Assembly (NCBI GenBank): GCA_001829415.1 | Contig: MIBE01000006.1 | Span: 52,300 to 116,299 of the forward strand | DNA: 64,000 nucleotides | Direction: 5' to 3' | Origin: Spirochaetes bacterium GWF1_51_8 | GTDB taxonomy: Bacteria > Spirochaetota > Brevinematia > Brevinematales > GWF1-51-8 | In this document: positions 35,025 through 43,375 of the stretch, piece after piece | Numbering within the stretch: the stretch's first letter is position 1 | Layout: the number at the start of each line of letters is the position of its first letter | Notes under the pieces: generated by a model | What the model was told of the DNA's origin: nothing | Seen by the model: only the letters and a program-made list of their open reading frames with translations | Database searches by the model: none | Program-made: the position numbers and the translations under genes

Positions 35025-36152
35025 TTAACTCTTTGCCTTGGATGTCCGGCGCTTTTTCTGGATCACATCGAAAAGCACGGCAAAGATGATGATGAAACCC
35101 TTGACAACATTCTGCACAGGCTCCTGGATAGACAGGATGCTCATCCCGTTCTTGAGTATCTGGATAAAGAGCGCGCCGACTATCGCGCCGAAGATGGTTC
35201 CGACCCCGCCCGAGAGACTCGTCCCGCCGATCACCACCGCGGCGATAACATCGAGCTCCAGCATATTGCCCTCGTTAGGCGACGCAGAACTCAGGCGCGA
35301 CGACGCGACGATCCCCGCGACCGCCGAGAGCACGGTCACTATCGTGTACACCCCGAGCTTCACCCCGAACACGTTGATACCCGACAGACGCGCGGCTTCC
35401 TGGTTCCCGCCTATCGCGTAAATCTTCCGCCCGAAGCGAGTGTTGGTCAGCATAAAATGACCGAGGAAGACGATCACGCCCATCAGCGCGACGGGTACGG
35501 GGATTCCCGATGTCCCGATAAAAATCCAGCCGGAGAAGCCGAACGCGAGGATTCCGGTGATGAAGCGGGGAAGCCAGTCGAGTACCTTGACCGCGATCTC
35601 GTAGCGTTTCTTCCGGGCGATTCCGGCGAATACGCTGTATAGGTATCCCGCGAACGCGACCGCCATGAGGACGATCGATATCTCCTTCGGGATGTACCCG
35701 TTACCGATAAAATAATAGTCTTCGCTGGGGATGGATGGCGTAGTGCCGCCGGTCAGGATATGCGCCAGCCCGCGCGCGATCGTCATCATACCCAGCGTAA
35801 TGATAAACGCCGGGACTTGGAACTTCGCGATCCAGAACCCGTTCCACAGCCCGAGCAGGAGTCCGCATGTCAGGAGCATGATGACTATGGCGAGCCATAT
35901 ATTCACCCCGGACTGCATGAGCAGCGCGATCTCCACACCCGCGAGCGCGGCGATCGAGCCCACCGACAGATCGATCCCGCCTAATAGGATGACCATCGTC
36001 ATACCCACCGCGACTATTCCCGTGATACACATCTGCCTCACGAGGTTCGAGAAGTTTTCCGGCGAGCGGAACGTATCGGAGATGATGGAGAGTAACGCGC
36101 CCAACGCGATCATCGCGAGCAATGTGCCGTTATCTTTGAGGAATTTCGCCAT
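35025..36152 (-). CDS. sugar ABC transporter permease (RbsC/AraH-type), orphan
   Basis: ATG at 36152 (MAKFLKDNGTLLAMIALGALL); the track ORF extends 59 codons further upstream into non-coding sequence. C-terminal LDVIAAVVIGGTSLSGGVGTIFGAIVGALFIQIL is the family signature. No ATPase or binding-protein gene is adjacent. Confidence 0.85.
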   Translation of the reverse strand: MAKFLKDNGTLLAMIALGALLSIISDTFRSPENFSNLVRQMCITGIVAVGMTMVILLGGIDLSVGSIAALAGVEIALLMQSGVNIWLAIVIMLLTCGLLLGLWNGFWIAKFQVPAFIITLGMMTIARGLAHILTGGTTPSIPSEDYYFIGNGYIPKEISIVLMAVAFAGYLYSVFAGIARKKRYEIAVKVLDWLPRFITGILAFGFSGWIFIGTSGIPVPVALMGVIVFLGHFMLTNTRFGRKIYAIGGNQEAARLSGINVFGVKLGVYTIVTVLSAVAGIVASSRLSSASPNEGNMLELDVIAAVVIGGTSLSGGVGTIFGAIVGALFIQILKNGMSILSIQEPVQNVVKGFIIIFAVLFDVIQKKRRTSKAKS

Positions 36153-36185
36153 AGGAAGCCCCTTTTCTGTGATTATTAGAGTAAC

Positions 36186-36214
36186 ATTGTAATACCGAAA
36201 CTCCGGAAACGCAA
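36186..36214 (-). promoter_or_regulatory. candidate sigma70 promoter of the orphan permease
   Basis: On the minus strand TTGCGT (36214-36209) - 17 nt - TACAAT (36191-36186), about 34 nt upstream of the ATG. Confidence 0.35.
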
Positions 36215-36625
36215 CGGTTTTTTTATTCAGTGACAAGTATAAAGTTACAAGTGGAAAGTGGAAAGCGACTCCCATGGATGGGGGAAGTCCCGCGAGGACA
36301 TGGATGTCCATGAGCGGGGCGACTCGCACGATGCGAAAAGTTCCGTGAGCACAAGGATGTCAAAAAGCGGAAAACAGCAGGGGAAAGAACAGGTTCGCGC
36401 GGAGGACGCTGAGAGAAGAATATAAAAGAAATTTTTTTAGAGAGTCTCTGTTTTTTCCTTAGCGTACTCTGCGTGAAATTCTATTCTATCGCGGACAGGA
36501 AAAGCCGGATCGTCGAGGTTTCAAAGAAAGTATAATATATAGTTATTTATAGGTATCGTTTGTACCGATTTTTGCGTTTTTGATATTATGAGTATAAAAT
36601 AGCGGAGTGAAGGAAGGAGGTTCGT

Positions 36626-37651
36626 GTGAAAACATTATCTTTGTGTAAATTAGCGGCGGTTTCTGTCTTAATTTTCGGAATATCGGCATGCGATTCTATT
36701 ACCAAGGTGAGATTTTATTTTTATTCTTCATATCATACGAATGTACTTCTTGTTAAATCGCCTTTCACCAATAAAAACGATTTTATTCTCTTGGAAAAGA
36801 CTAATGATTATTTTTTTATAGATATTGTAGTTACCAATAAATTGCACTACTACTTTGTTGCGGACGGTCAGGATACGATCGACCCGTTTGCGAATAAAAT
36901 ATATGCTCAATATATTGTTTTTCAACCTACATCCAGTTCGTCTACATCTAATATTCAACAGAAGCTGTTTATCAGCGATCATTTCGATTACTTTTCCCGG
37001 TCGGGAGTAGATAAAAGCGGAGAATTAGAAGGGTATTTTATAAAACTCACCAATTTCCTCTATCCTCTGAGTCCTAAAATGATGAAACCGAAAATTCGCT
37101 ACTATACACCGGAATTTGTATCGATACCCGTAAGCTTGTTTGCGAAATACGATACCAGCGAGATTTTCGATTCATGGGACTGTTCCTCCTCACATGAAAT
37201 GATTCACACGTTAATAAATATCAGCAACCATCCCTTAAACGAAGGGCAAGCGCAGTGTTTTCAAAAAGAGGGTAATCTTATTTATAAAGAACAGAATGTG
37301 AATCTCGTCAGTCAGAAATATATGAAGCAAGTCGTAGAAGGAACTGTAAAAGCTAAAACAAGCATTTATAGTTTAATATCGGATCAAAATATGTTTTATA
37401 ACAACAAAAAAATATATGGTAATTCTTACCATCTTGTCGGTTCGTTTATTTTCTATAACTGGTATGTACTGGACGATGCGGCAAGATTTTCGAAATTTCT
37501 GTTAAGCCTGAATACCAACGATAACGGTGATGCAATGACCAATAAATATACCCAGTATACCGGCAGAGATTTTTCGGAAGTCGAAACTCAGTGGGCTGAC
37601 TGGTTACTGACAATAAATTCGAACTCTGACATCTATGTAGGGTGGGATTAA
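36626..37651 (+). CDS. AT-rich lipoprotein with HExxH motif (putative zinc metallopeptidase), N-terminal E-set/CBM48-like domain
   Basis: GTG start after AAGGAAGGAGG, lipobox IFGISAC. N-terminal VRFYFYSSYHTNVLLVKSPFTNKNDF...YYFVADGQDTIDPFAN. HEMIH in CSSSHEMIHTLINIS. Codon usage is visibly A/T-rich compared with the neighbours. Confidence 0.8.
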   Translation: MKTLSLCKLAAVSVLIFGISACDSITKVRFYFYSSYHTNVLLVKSPFTNKNDFILLEKTNDYFFIDIVVTNKLHYYFVADGQDTIDPFANKIYAQYIVFQPTSSSSTSNIQQKLFISDHFDYFSRSGVDKSGELEGYFIKLTNFLYPLSPKMMKPKIRYYTPEFVSIPVSLFAKYDTSEIFDSWDCSSSHEMIHTLINISNHPLNEGQAQCFQKEGNLIYKEQNVNLVSQKYMKQVVEGTVKAKTSIYSLISDQNMFYNNKKIYGNSYHLVGSFIFYNWYVLDDAARFSKFLLSLNTNDNGDAMTNKYTQYTGRDFSEVETQWADWLLTINSNSDIYVGWD

Positions 37652-37664
37652 AAATAAAGAAATA

Positions 37665-38459
37665 TTATTCCCCGCTGCCGTCGTCGGGACTGAGGGTGCT
37701 CGACACCGCGCCCTTGGCCTTCAGGTAGTCGATCATTTTTTTATCGCCGAGTTTTTCGGCGATATCGAGCGGGGTGGGGAAGAGAAGTTTGGCGCCGGAC
37801 TGTACCTTCATCGGCATATTGACATCCCCGCCGAGCGCGGCGAGCAGTTTGAGCATATCGAGGTTGCCGGATTCGACCGCGATGATCATCACGTTCTTTT
37901 CATCGAAATAGTCCTTCGACTTGAAACTCGCGCCGCCCTTTACAAGGAGCTTCACCGCTTCCTTCTGCCCGGCCTTCACCGCGTACATGAGCGCCGTCCA
38001 GCTGAAGTTGTTGATGGCGTCGATCTCCGCGCCCTGTTCGAGAAGGACCTTGATCGAGTTCGTGAGGCCTTTTTCCGCGGCGAGCATGAGCGGCGTATGG
38101 ATCCCGGAGAACATATCGGGATTGACGCCTTTATTCTTCAGGAGAACGATCATCTGGGTGAGTTCGTGTTCGACGGCGAAATGGAGGGCGGTGGTTTCGC
38201 CGGTCTTGTTGGAGAAGTTCGCGCCGGCCGAGATCAGGTATTCCACTGCGGCGGTACTGCCGTTCGTCATCGCGAAAAGGAGCGCCGTCCACCCGTTCGT
38301 AGCGGCCGAGTTGACGTTCGTGCCCTTCGAGATCAGGAGCTTCATCCCTTCGATATCGCCCGAGGCGGCGAGTTTGAAGAAGTCGGTCTCTATTTTCGGC
38401 CCGCACGAGACCGTAAATATTAAAATGAATACGAACAGGATACTGAACTTCCCCCGCAT
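37665..38459 (-). CDS. ankyrin-repeat lipoprotein
   Basis: ATG at 38459 after AAGGAGG (MRGKFSILFVFILIFTVSCG, lipobox). Six or so ANK units (GWTALLFAMTNGSTAAVEYLISAGANF, TALHFAVEHELTQMIVLLKNKGVNP, TPLMLAAEKGLTNSIKVLLEQGAEI, WTALMYAVKAGQKEAVKLLVKGGAS). The 185 extra upstream codons in the track are spurious. Confidence 0.9.
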   Translation of the reverse strand: MRGKFSILFVFILIFTVSCGPKIETDFFKLAASGDIEGMKLLISKGTNVNSAATNGWTALLFAMTNGSTAAVEYLISAGANFSNKTGETTALHFAVEHELTQMIVLLKNKGVNPDMFSGIHTPLMLAAEKGLTNSIKVLLEQGAEIDAINNFSWTALMYAVKAGQKEAVKLLVKGGASFKSKDYFDEKNVMIIAVESGNLDMLKLLAALGGDVNMPMKVQSGAKLLFPTPLDIAEKLGDKKMIDYLKAKGAVSSTLSPDDGSGE

Positions 38460-38597
38460 GATGTCCTCCTTGCGCGGAATAGCGGTAATAGTATATTTTC
38501 GGCAAAAGCATGCCGGATTCTGAAGAACGGGGCGGACACTTGCGATTTTTTCACGGAAGAGGTATAGTTCTATACTTCGATTTTCCGGGAGGGACGT

Positions 38598-38960
38598 ATG
38601 GCGCGGTTTATTCCGAAACCGACTATTATCAAAGCGGCGGGAAATATGCCCAAGGAGATCGCCGAGTATGTCGGCAATGTCAACACAGACTCGTCCGATA
38701 TCAGTATCGCGAAAATGACAAGTCCCGAGGGCTGGGTCGAGCCGGGGCAGACGCCCGGGTTCACGGAGTACACTATCGTGCTGAAAGGCCTGCTTCGGGC
38801 GGAATGCCATGACCGGGCTTACGATATCCGCGCCGGGGAAGCGATCCGTATCGGACCGGACGAATGGGTGCGTTACAGCTCCCCCCATCCCGGCGGCGCG
38901 GAGTATATCGCGGTCTGCCTGCCGGCGTTTTCGCCCGATACCGTCCGCCGTGACGAATAG
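38598..38960 (+). CDS. cupin-domain protein
   Basis: GGGAGGGA SD. The ~120-aa size and the WVEPGQTPGFTEYTIVLKGLLRAE...IRAGEAIRIGPDEWVRYS...AEYIAVCLPAFSPDTV pattern are those of small cupins. Confidence 0.85.
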   Translation: MARFIPKPTIIKAAGNMPKEIAEYVGNVNTDSSDISIAKMTSPEGWVEPGQTPGFTEYTIVLKGLLRAECHDRAYDIRAGEAIRIGPDEWVRYSSPHPGGAEYIAVCLPAFSPDTVRRDE

Positions 38961-38968
38961 GAGACGAT

Positions 38969-39628
38969 ATGGAACTCGCACGCCCCAATAAACCGGTCCT
39001 GATCGTTTACCCATTCCTGCTCATCGCGAGCACGGCCATCGTGTTCTATTTCGGGACGCGTTACCTCGGACAGTTCGCGGGTTACCTGATCGGCTTCGGG
39101 TTTTACTGGCTGTTCTGGTGCCTCCTGATCCCGTTACTCCTCCTCAAGAAAAACTTCCCCACGGTGTTCAGGAATAAAAAGCCTCTTTTCACCCTGAAGA
39201 ACTGGTGGATTCTGCTCCTTCTGGCATCGACGATCATCGCGCCTGTTTTCATGTATTTCATTCCGGGACTGCCGGTTACGCCGCTTTTCGTTGTTCTCGC
39301 CGGGATCGCGTTCGGGTTCGTGCACGCGTTCTTCGAGGAACTATTCTGGCGCGGGGTGTACATCTCGTTTTTCCCCGACGACTGGGTGATGGGTGTGGTC
39401 TTCCCGACTGTCATGTTCAGCCTGTGGCATTTCGCCCCGCAGATCGCGATCCCCGACCCGAATATGCCCGTGTTCGTCGCCTCGACACTGCCTCTCGGTA
39501 TCGTGTACGCGTTGACCGCGCGCGCGTCCGGGTCGGCGTTATGGAGCGCGATCGCTCACGGCATCAGCGGGGCGCTGGCGTTCGGCGGATTCCTCGCGAC
39601 CAGCCTGTATGCGTTAATCAATGGGTAG
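38969..39628 (+). CDS. CPBP-family (CAAX/Abi) intramembrane glutamic endopeptidase
   Basis: Multi-pass membrane protein with EExxxR (FFEELFWRG), FxxxH (FSLWHF) and the late His (AIAHGISG). Confidence 0.85.
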   Translation: MELARPNKPVLIVYPFLLIASTAIVFYFGTRYLGQFAGYLIGFGFYWLFWCLLIPLLLLKKNFPTVFRNKKPLFTLKNWWILLLLASTIIAPVFMYFIPGLPVTPLFVVLAGIAFGFVHAFFEELFWRGVYISFFPDDWVMGVVFPTVMFSLWHFAPQIAIPDPNMPVFVASTLPLGIVYALTARASGSALWSAIAHGISGALAFGGFLATSLYALING

Positions 39629-40625
39629 CGCTATGGAATTCATGCCGGGCATCGATCTCAACAGGGCTTTTTATTATGAAGCCGTCGCACCTCTTATCAA
39701 AAAAAATTTTCCCGATTTAAAGTATTCCGCGGCGTTGATGGGCTGCGGTTCCGACGTCCTCGGTTTCGATAATCCGACATCCATGGATCATAATTGGGGG
39801 CCGAGGTTTCAAATTTTCTTGAGCGAAGATCGTTTTCCGGTGATTTCCGCAGAGTTGAACGAGATGCTCCGGAAGAAACTGCAGTTCGAGTTCAAGGGAT
39901 TTCCGGTGAATTTCACCCCGCCCCGTTACGACCACACTCAATCCATGGAACCGGTGACGTCCCATCCGGTCAATCACCTGATCGAGATTGTAACCTCGCA
40001 GGAGTATCTCAGGAAATACCTGGAAATCGACACGGTTGAAAACCTGACCGTGCAGGATTGGAAGAAGTTTCCCGAGCAGAAACTCCTTGAGTTGACTGCG
40101 GGCGCGGTATTCCATGACGGGCTAAAATCGCTTGTCCCGCTTCGGGATACTCTTCGTTATTATCCTCCTGAAATCCGGCTCCTGCGGATGTCGGAATTAT
40201 GGCAGGCGGTATGGGAAGAAGAGGCGTTTATCGGCAGGAATATCGAACTCGGCGAATCCGCCGCAGTGAAAATTATTTCCGTACGGGTGACCGAAATCAT
40301 CATCCGGCTCTGTTTCTGTATCGAGCGAACATACGCGCCGTATTCCAAATGGCTTCTGACCGCGTTACGGAAATTGAGATGTTATCCCGAAATCAGCACT
40401 ATCATCGACAGCGTCCTTTACGAGAACGACCCCCTGAAGATCGAAACCGCGCTTTGCGCGCTTTATGAAAAAACGGTCGAGCTTCATAACAACGATGAAG
40501 GACTGCCCCGGCTGGAGAATAAAATCCGGGACTTTTTCGGGCGGCCGTACCGTGTTATTTTCGCCGAAACAATTGTCGAAAAACTTCACGGCGCTATCTC
40601 GGACAAAAGCCTCTTCGGGAAGTAA
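39621..40625 (+). CDS. DUF4037-like protein (uncharacterised, nucleotidyltransferase-associated family); call tentative
   Basis: GCGSDVLGFDNPTSMDHNWGPRFQIFL matches the pattern I remember for DUF4037 proteins. Overlaps the CPBP gene stop by 8 nt. Confidence 0.8.
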   Translation: MGSAMEFMPGIDLNRAFYYEAVAPLIKKNFPDLKYSAALMGCGSDVLGFDNPTSMDHNWGPRFQIFLSEDRFPVISAELNEMLRKKLQFEFKGFPVNFTPPRYDHTQSMEPVTSHPVNHLIEIVTSQEYLRKYLEIDTVENLTVQDWKKFPEQKLLELTAGAVFHDGLKSLVPLRDTLRYYPPEIRLLRMSELWQAVWEEEAFIGRNIELGESAAVKIISVRVTEIIIRLCFCIERTYAPYSKWLLTALRKLRCYPEISTIIDSVLYENDPLKIETALCALYEKTVELHNNDEGLPRLENKIRDFFGRPYRVIFAETIVEKLHGAISDKSLFGK

Positions 40626-41038
40626 TTCCTCCTATCCGCTAGCGCTATTCCTTGTTTTTCTGATTTAATCTTTTTGCAGTTACTTTTAACTTCTTACTGA
40701 ATAGGGGAACCTTTCGACTCTGATTCACTCGGGGCAAGCTCGGTGTCCGGAGATTTCTGTATTTGTATTTTTCCCTGCCTTTTTGTATTCCGGCTGTTTC
40801 TCCCCCTCACTTTCGCCGTGCGTGGCTCGTTCGGGGCTAACACCTCCTGTGTGTCGCCCCCGCCTCTATGCAGTAACGAAATTATTTCTTCGCATCCCAT
40901 ATGATTTCCCCGCGTTCCTCGCTGTTACTGCTTGTCACCGAAAGGGGGATTTGACGGCTAATTTTTTCTTTGCCTTCGGCTGTTTCTGTATTAGGCTGTT
41001 TGGCTTTTTTCCCGCGCGCTTTGAAGCGCGTTGTACTC

Positions 41039-41110
41039 CCGGGAAATCCGAGAAAAAGGCATATGTTTGACGACCGAAGGGAGGAGTTATGCCTTTTTCG
41101 GATTTCCCGG
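41039..41110. repeat. 23-bp inverted repeat (one 2-nt bulge) with 24-nt loop in a 640-nt non-coding region
   Basis: CCGGGAAATCCGAGAAAAAGGCATA (41039-41063) versus TATGCCTTTTTCGGATTTCCCGG (41088-41110). The loop carries GGGAGGAG and the right arm begins with ATG (41089). Confidence 0.7.
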
Positions 41111-41265
41111 CTCTTCTCCCAAGCTTCATCCTGCGCGGGCACTCTTTGGATACTTTCTGGTGACAGAAAGTATCATTTAACTTTCCCCTCACCCCAAGCC
41201 CTTCGGAAGGCTGATTTTTATATAGTTCGCCGGATTGTTAGGTTCGTGCATATTTGGCATCCTCA

Positions 41266-41706
41266 TTATGGATTATTACTTTCATAAATCTCTGTTCCAT
41301 AGCCAGCTAACTCTGCCCCTGCTACAATAAATAGGATTAATACTATTAATGCGAACAACACCAATAAATATCTGAAAATTTTTATTCTTTTATCATTCAG
41401 ATTATCATAATATTCTATTATCTTTTCAACCCTACTCTTATTAAAGTAAAAAATATTAAATATAAAAATAATCAAAATTAATGGTATTGTAATATAATAC
41501 TGGTAAAACACTTTTGAAAGACGATATAGTTTAAACACAGAAACAACAAGAAAATAGTATATTCCAGCTACCGTAACGGCAATTTCTGTTTTTGGAAGCC
41601 ACCTTGCGTAAATGGGATCCCCATCTACTAAAATGGTTTCCTTTGATAGGTTGATTTGATTTCTATAAATAGCATAAAATATTAAATCATAAAAGTTGAA
41701 ATACAT
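41266..41706 (-). CDS. AT-rich orphan membrane protein (3-4 TM), unknown function
   Basis: ATG at 41706 after AGGAGA (MYFNFYDLIFYAIY...). Hydrophobic stretches IAVTVAGIYYFLVVSVF, ITIPLILIIFIFNIFYF and LLVLFALIVLILFIVAGA. Very A/T-rich codons unlike the flanks. Confidence 0.65.
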   Translation of the reverse strand: MYFNFYDLIFYAIYRNQINLSKETILVDGDPIYARWLPKTEIAVTVAGIYYFLVVSVFKLYRLSKVFYQYYITIPLILIIFIFNIFYFNKSRVEKIIEYYDNLNDKRIKIFRYLLVLFALIVLILFIVAGAELAGYGTEIYESNNP

Positions 41707-41871
41707 TTTTATTCTCCTATCCCAAACCGTCCTCAATTATTCAACTCATTGTAATCTGTTTCACAAAAGATGTCACGGAATCCCCGCTGCCGCCCCGATC
41801 CCGCCCTAAACTTCCCTTTTTCGACGATTCCGGTTAAAATATGTCTCACTGCTTTTCCGGCGAGGTGTCCT

Positions 41872-43356
41872 ATGCGTTATGTCAGCACACGGGGTAATTA
41901 CCCTCCCGTTCCGAGCGCCGAAACGATCCGGCTGGGGATGGTGCCGAAGGGCGGACTGTTCTGCCCGGAGTCCGTACCGGAAGTCGACCTGTTCTCGCTC
42001 AGGGGACTTTCTTACCATGAGACGGCGTTCGAGATACTGAAGCTATTCCTGACCGACTATACGGACAACGAGCTCCAGTATGCGATCGCCGAGGCGTACA
42101 GCCCCGAACGGTTCGAGACGATGAACCCGGCGCCGCTGAAACTCCTCCGCGATAACCTCGCGGTGCTGGAACTCTGGCACGGCCCTACCGCCGCGTTCAA
42201 AGACCTCGCGCTTCAGATCATGCCGCATCTTCTGACTATCGCCGTCCAGAAGCAGAAAACCGAAAAAGAGATCGTCATCCTCGTCGCGACATCGGGCGAC
42301 ACCGGAAAGGCCGCTCTCGAGGGATACAAGGACGTACCCGGTACGAAGATCATCGTGTTCTATCCCAAGAACGGGGTCAGCCGTGTGCAGGAACTCCAGA
42401 TGGTGACGACCGGCGGGTCGAACACATACACGATCGGCGTGCAGGGGAATTTCGACGACTGCCAGACGATGGTCAAGGACATCTTCGGCGACAGGGAATT
42501 CAACCGCGAACTCTCGGATGCGGGTATGGAGTTCTCCTCGGCGAATTCAATCAACTGGGGACGGCTCGCGCCTCAGATCGTCTATTACTTCTGGGCATAC
42601 TTCCAGATGGTCGACCGGCGGAAGGTGTTCATGGGCGATCCGGTGAACTTTAACGTTCCTACCGGGAACTTCGGCAACATCTTAGCCGGGTACTACGCCC
42701 AGCAGATGGGGCTTCCCGTGAATAAGTTCGTCTGCTCGTCCAACAAGAACAAGATCCTGACCGACTTCATTGCGGACGGGATATATGATAAAAACCGTCA
42801 GTTCTTCTCGACCGTTTCGCCGTCGATGGACATCCTCATCTCGTCGAACCTCGAACGTTACCTCTACGCGATCAGCGGGAACAATCCCGAGAAGATTGTG
42901 CGATGGTACGACGACCTGAAGACGAAGGGCAAGTTCAAGGTGGACGAGTCCACGCGTGAACGGGTGTTCGGGTCGCTGTACGGCGGGTTCGCCGACGAGG
43001 AACAGACTATCGCGGAGATCAAACGGGTCTATACCGAGGAGCGTTATCTTGTCGATACCCATACGGCAGTCGGTTTCCATGTCCACCGGCAGTATACCGC
43101 CGAGACAGGCGACACTACGCCGACAGTGATCGATTCCACGGCGTCGCCCTTCAAGTTCAATAAAGCGGTTTATCAGGCGGTCACGGGCGATAAGTCGATT
43201 GACGACGAGTTCGTCCTTTTAGAGAAGCTGCAGGATCAGACCGGAGTCCCGGTGCACCGTTCACTTGCCGGGCTGGATAAGCTCCCGGTGCGTCACGATA
43301 AGGTGATCCGGATAGAAGAAGGGCGTTCCGCGATAAAGAGTATTCTAAAAATATAG
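41872..43356 (+). CDS. thrC: threonine synthase
   Basis: ATG at 41872 after GAGGTG (MRYVSTRGN...). PLP-lysine motif HGPTAAFKDLALQ, ATSGDTGKAA, SANSINWGRL. The track start at 41770 adds 34 implausible codons. Confidence 0.95.
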   Translation: MRYVSTRGNYPPVPSAETIRLGMVPKGGLFCPESVPEVDLFSLRGLSYHETAFEILKLFLTDYTDNELQYAIAEAYSPERFETMNPAPLKLLRDNLAVLELWHGPTAAFKDLALQIMPHLLTIAVQKQKTEKEIVILVATSGDTGKAALEGYKDVPGTKIIVFYPKNGVSRVQELQMVTTGGSNTYTIGVQGNFDDCQTMVKDIFGDREFNRELSDAGMEFSSANSINWGRLAPQIVYYFWAYFQMVDRRKVFMGDPVNFNVPTGNFGNILAGYYAQQMGLPVNKFVCSSNKNKILTDFIADGIYDKNRQFFSTVSPSMDILISSNLERYLYAISGNNPEKIVRWYDDLKTKGKFKVDESTRERVFGSLYGGFADEEQTIAEIKRVYTEERYLVDTHTAVGFHVHRQYTAETGDTTPTVIDSTASPFKFNKAVYQAVTGDKSIDDEFVLLEKLQDQTGVPVHRSLAGLDKLPVRHDKVIRIEEGRSAIKSILKI

Positions 43357-43375
43357 ACACAAACCCGGAGGCGGC

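Noticed and set aside
36153-36329. 59-codon upstream extension of the ABC permease ORF
   Set aside because: There is no membrane-protein character and it runs through the palindromic spacer. ATG 36152 starts the conserved MAKFLKDNG... N-terminus and has a promoter-like TTGCGT-N17-TACAAT in front.
36281-36330. GGGGAAGTCCCGC resembling the RNase P RNA GGAAAGUCCGGGC box; GAAGCAG segments at 60440-60503 resembling the SRP RNA helix 8
   Set aside because: These are only short partial matches. The other universally conserved RNase P/SRP elements and the required helices are missing around them.
38460-39014. 185-codon N-terminal extension of the ankyrin ORF (track 37665..39014)
   Set aside because: The extension is Arg/Pro-rich and overlaps the well-supported cupin gene on the other strand. 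A perfect AAGGAGG-ATG followed by a lipoprotein signal peptide occurs at 38459.
41770-41871. 34-codon upstream extension of thrC
   Set aside because: Threonine synthases start at MRYVSTRG, and ATG 41872 has a GAGGTG SD. The extension is Pro/Arg/Cys-rich.
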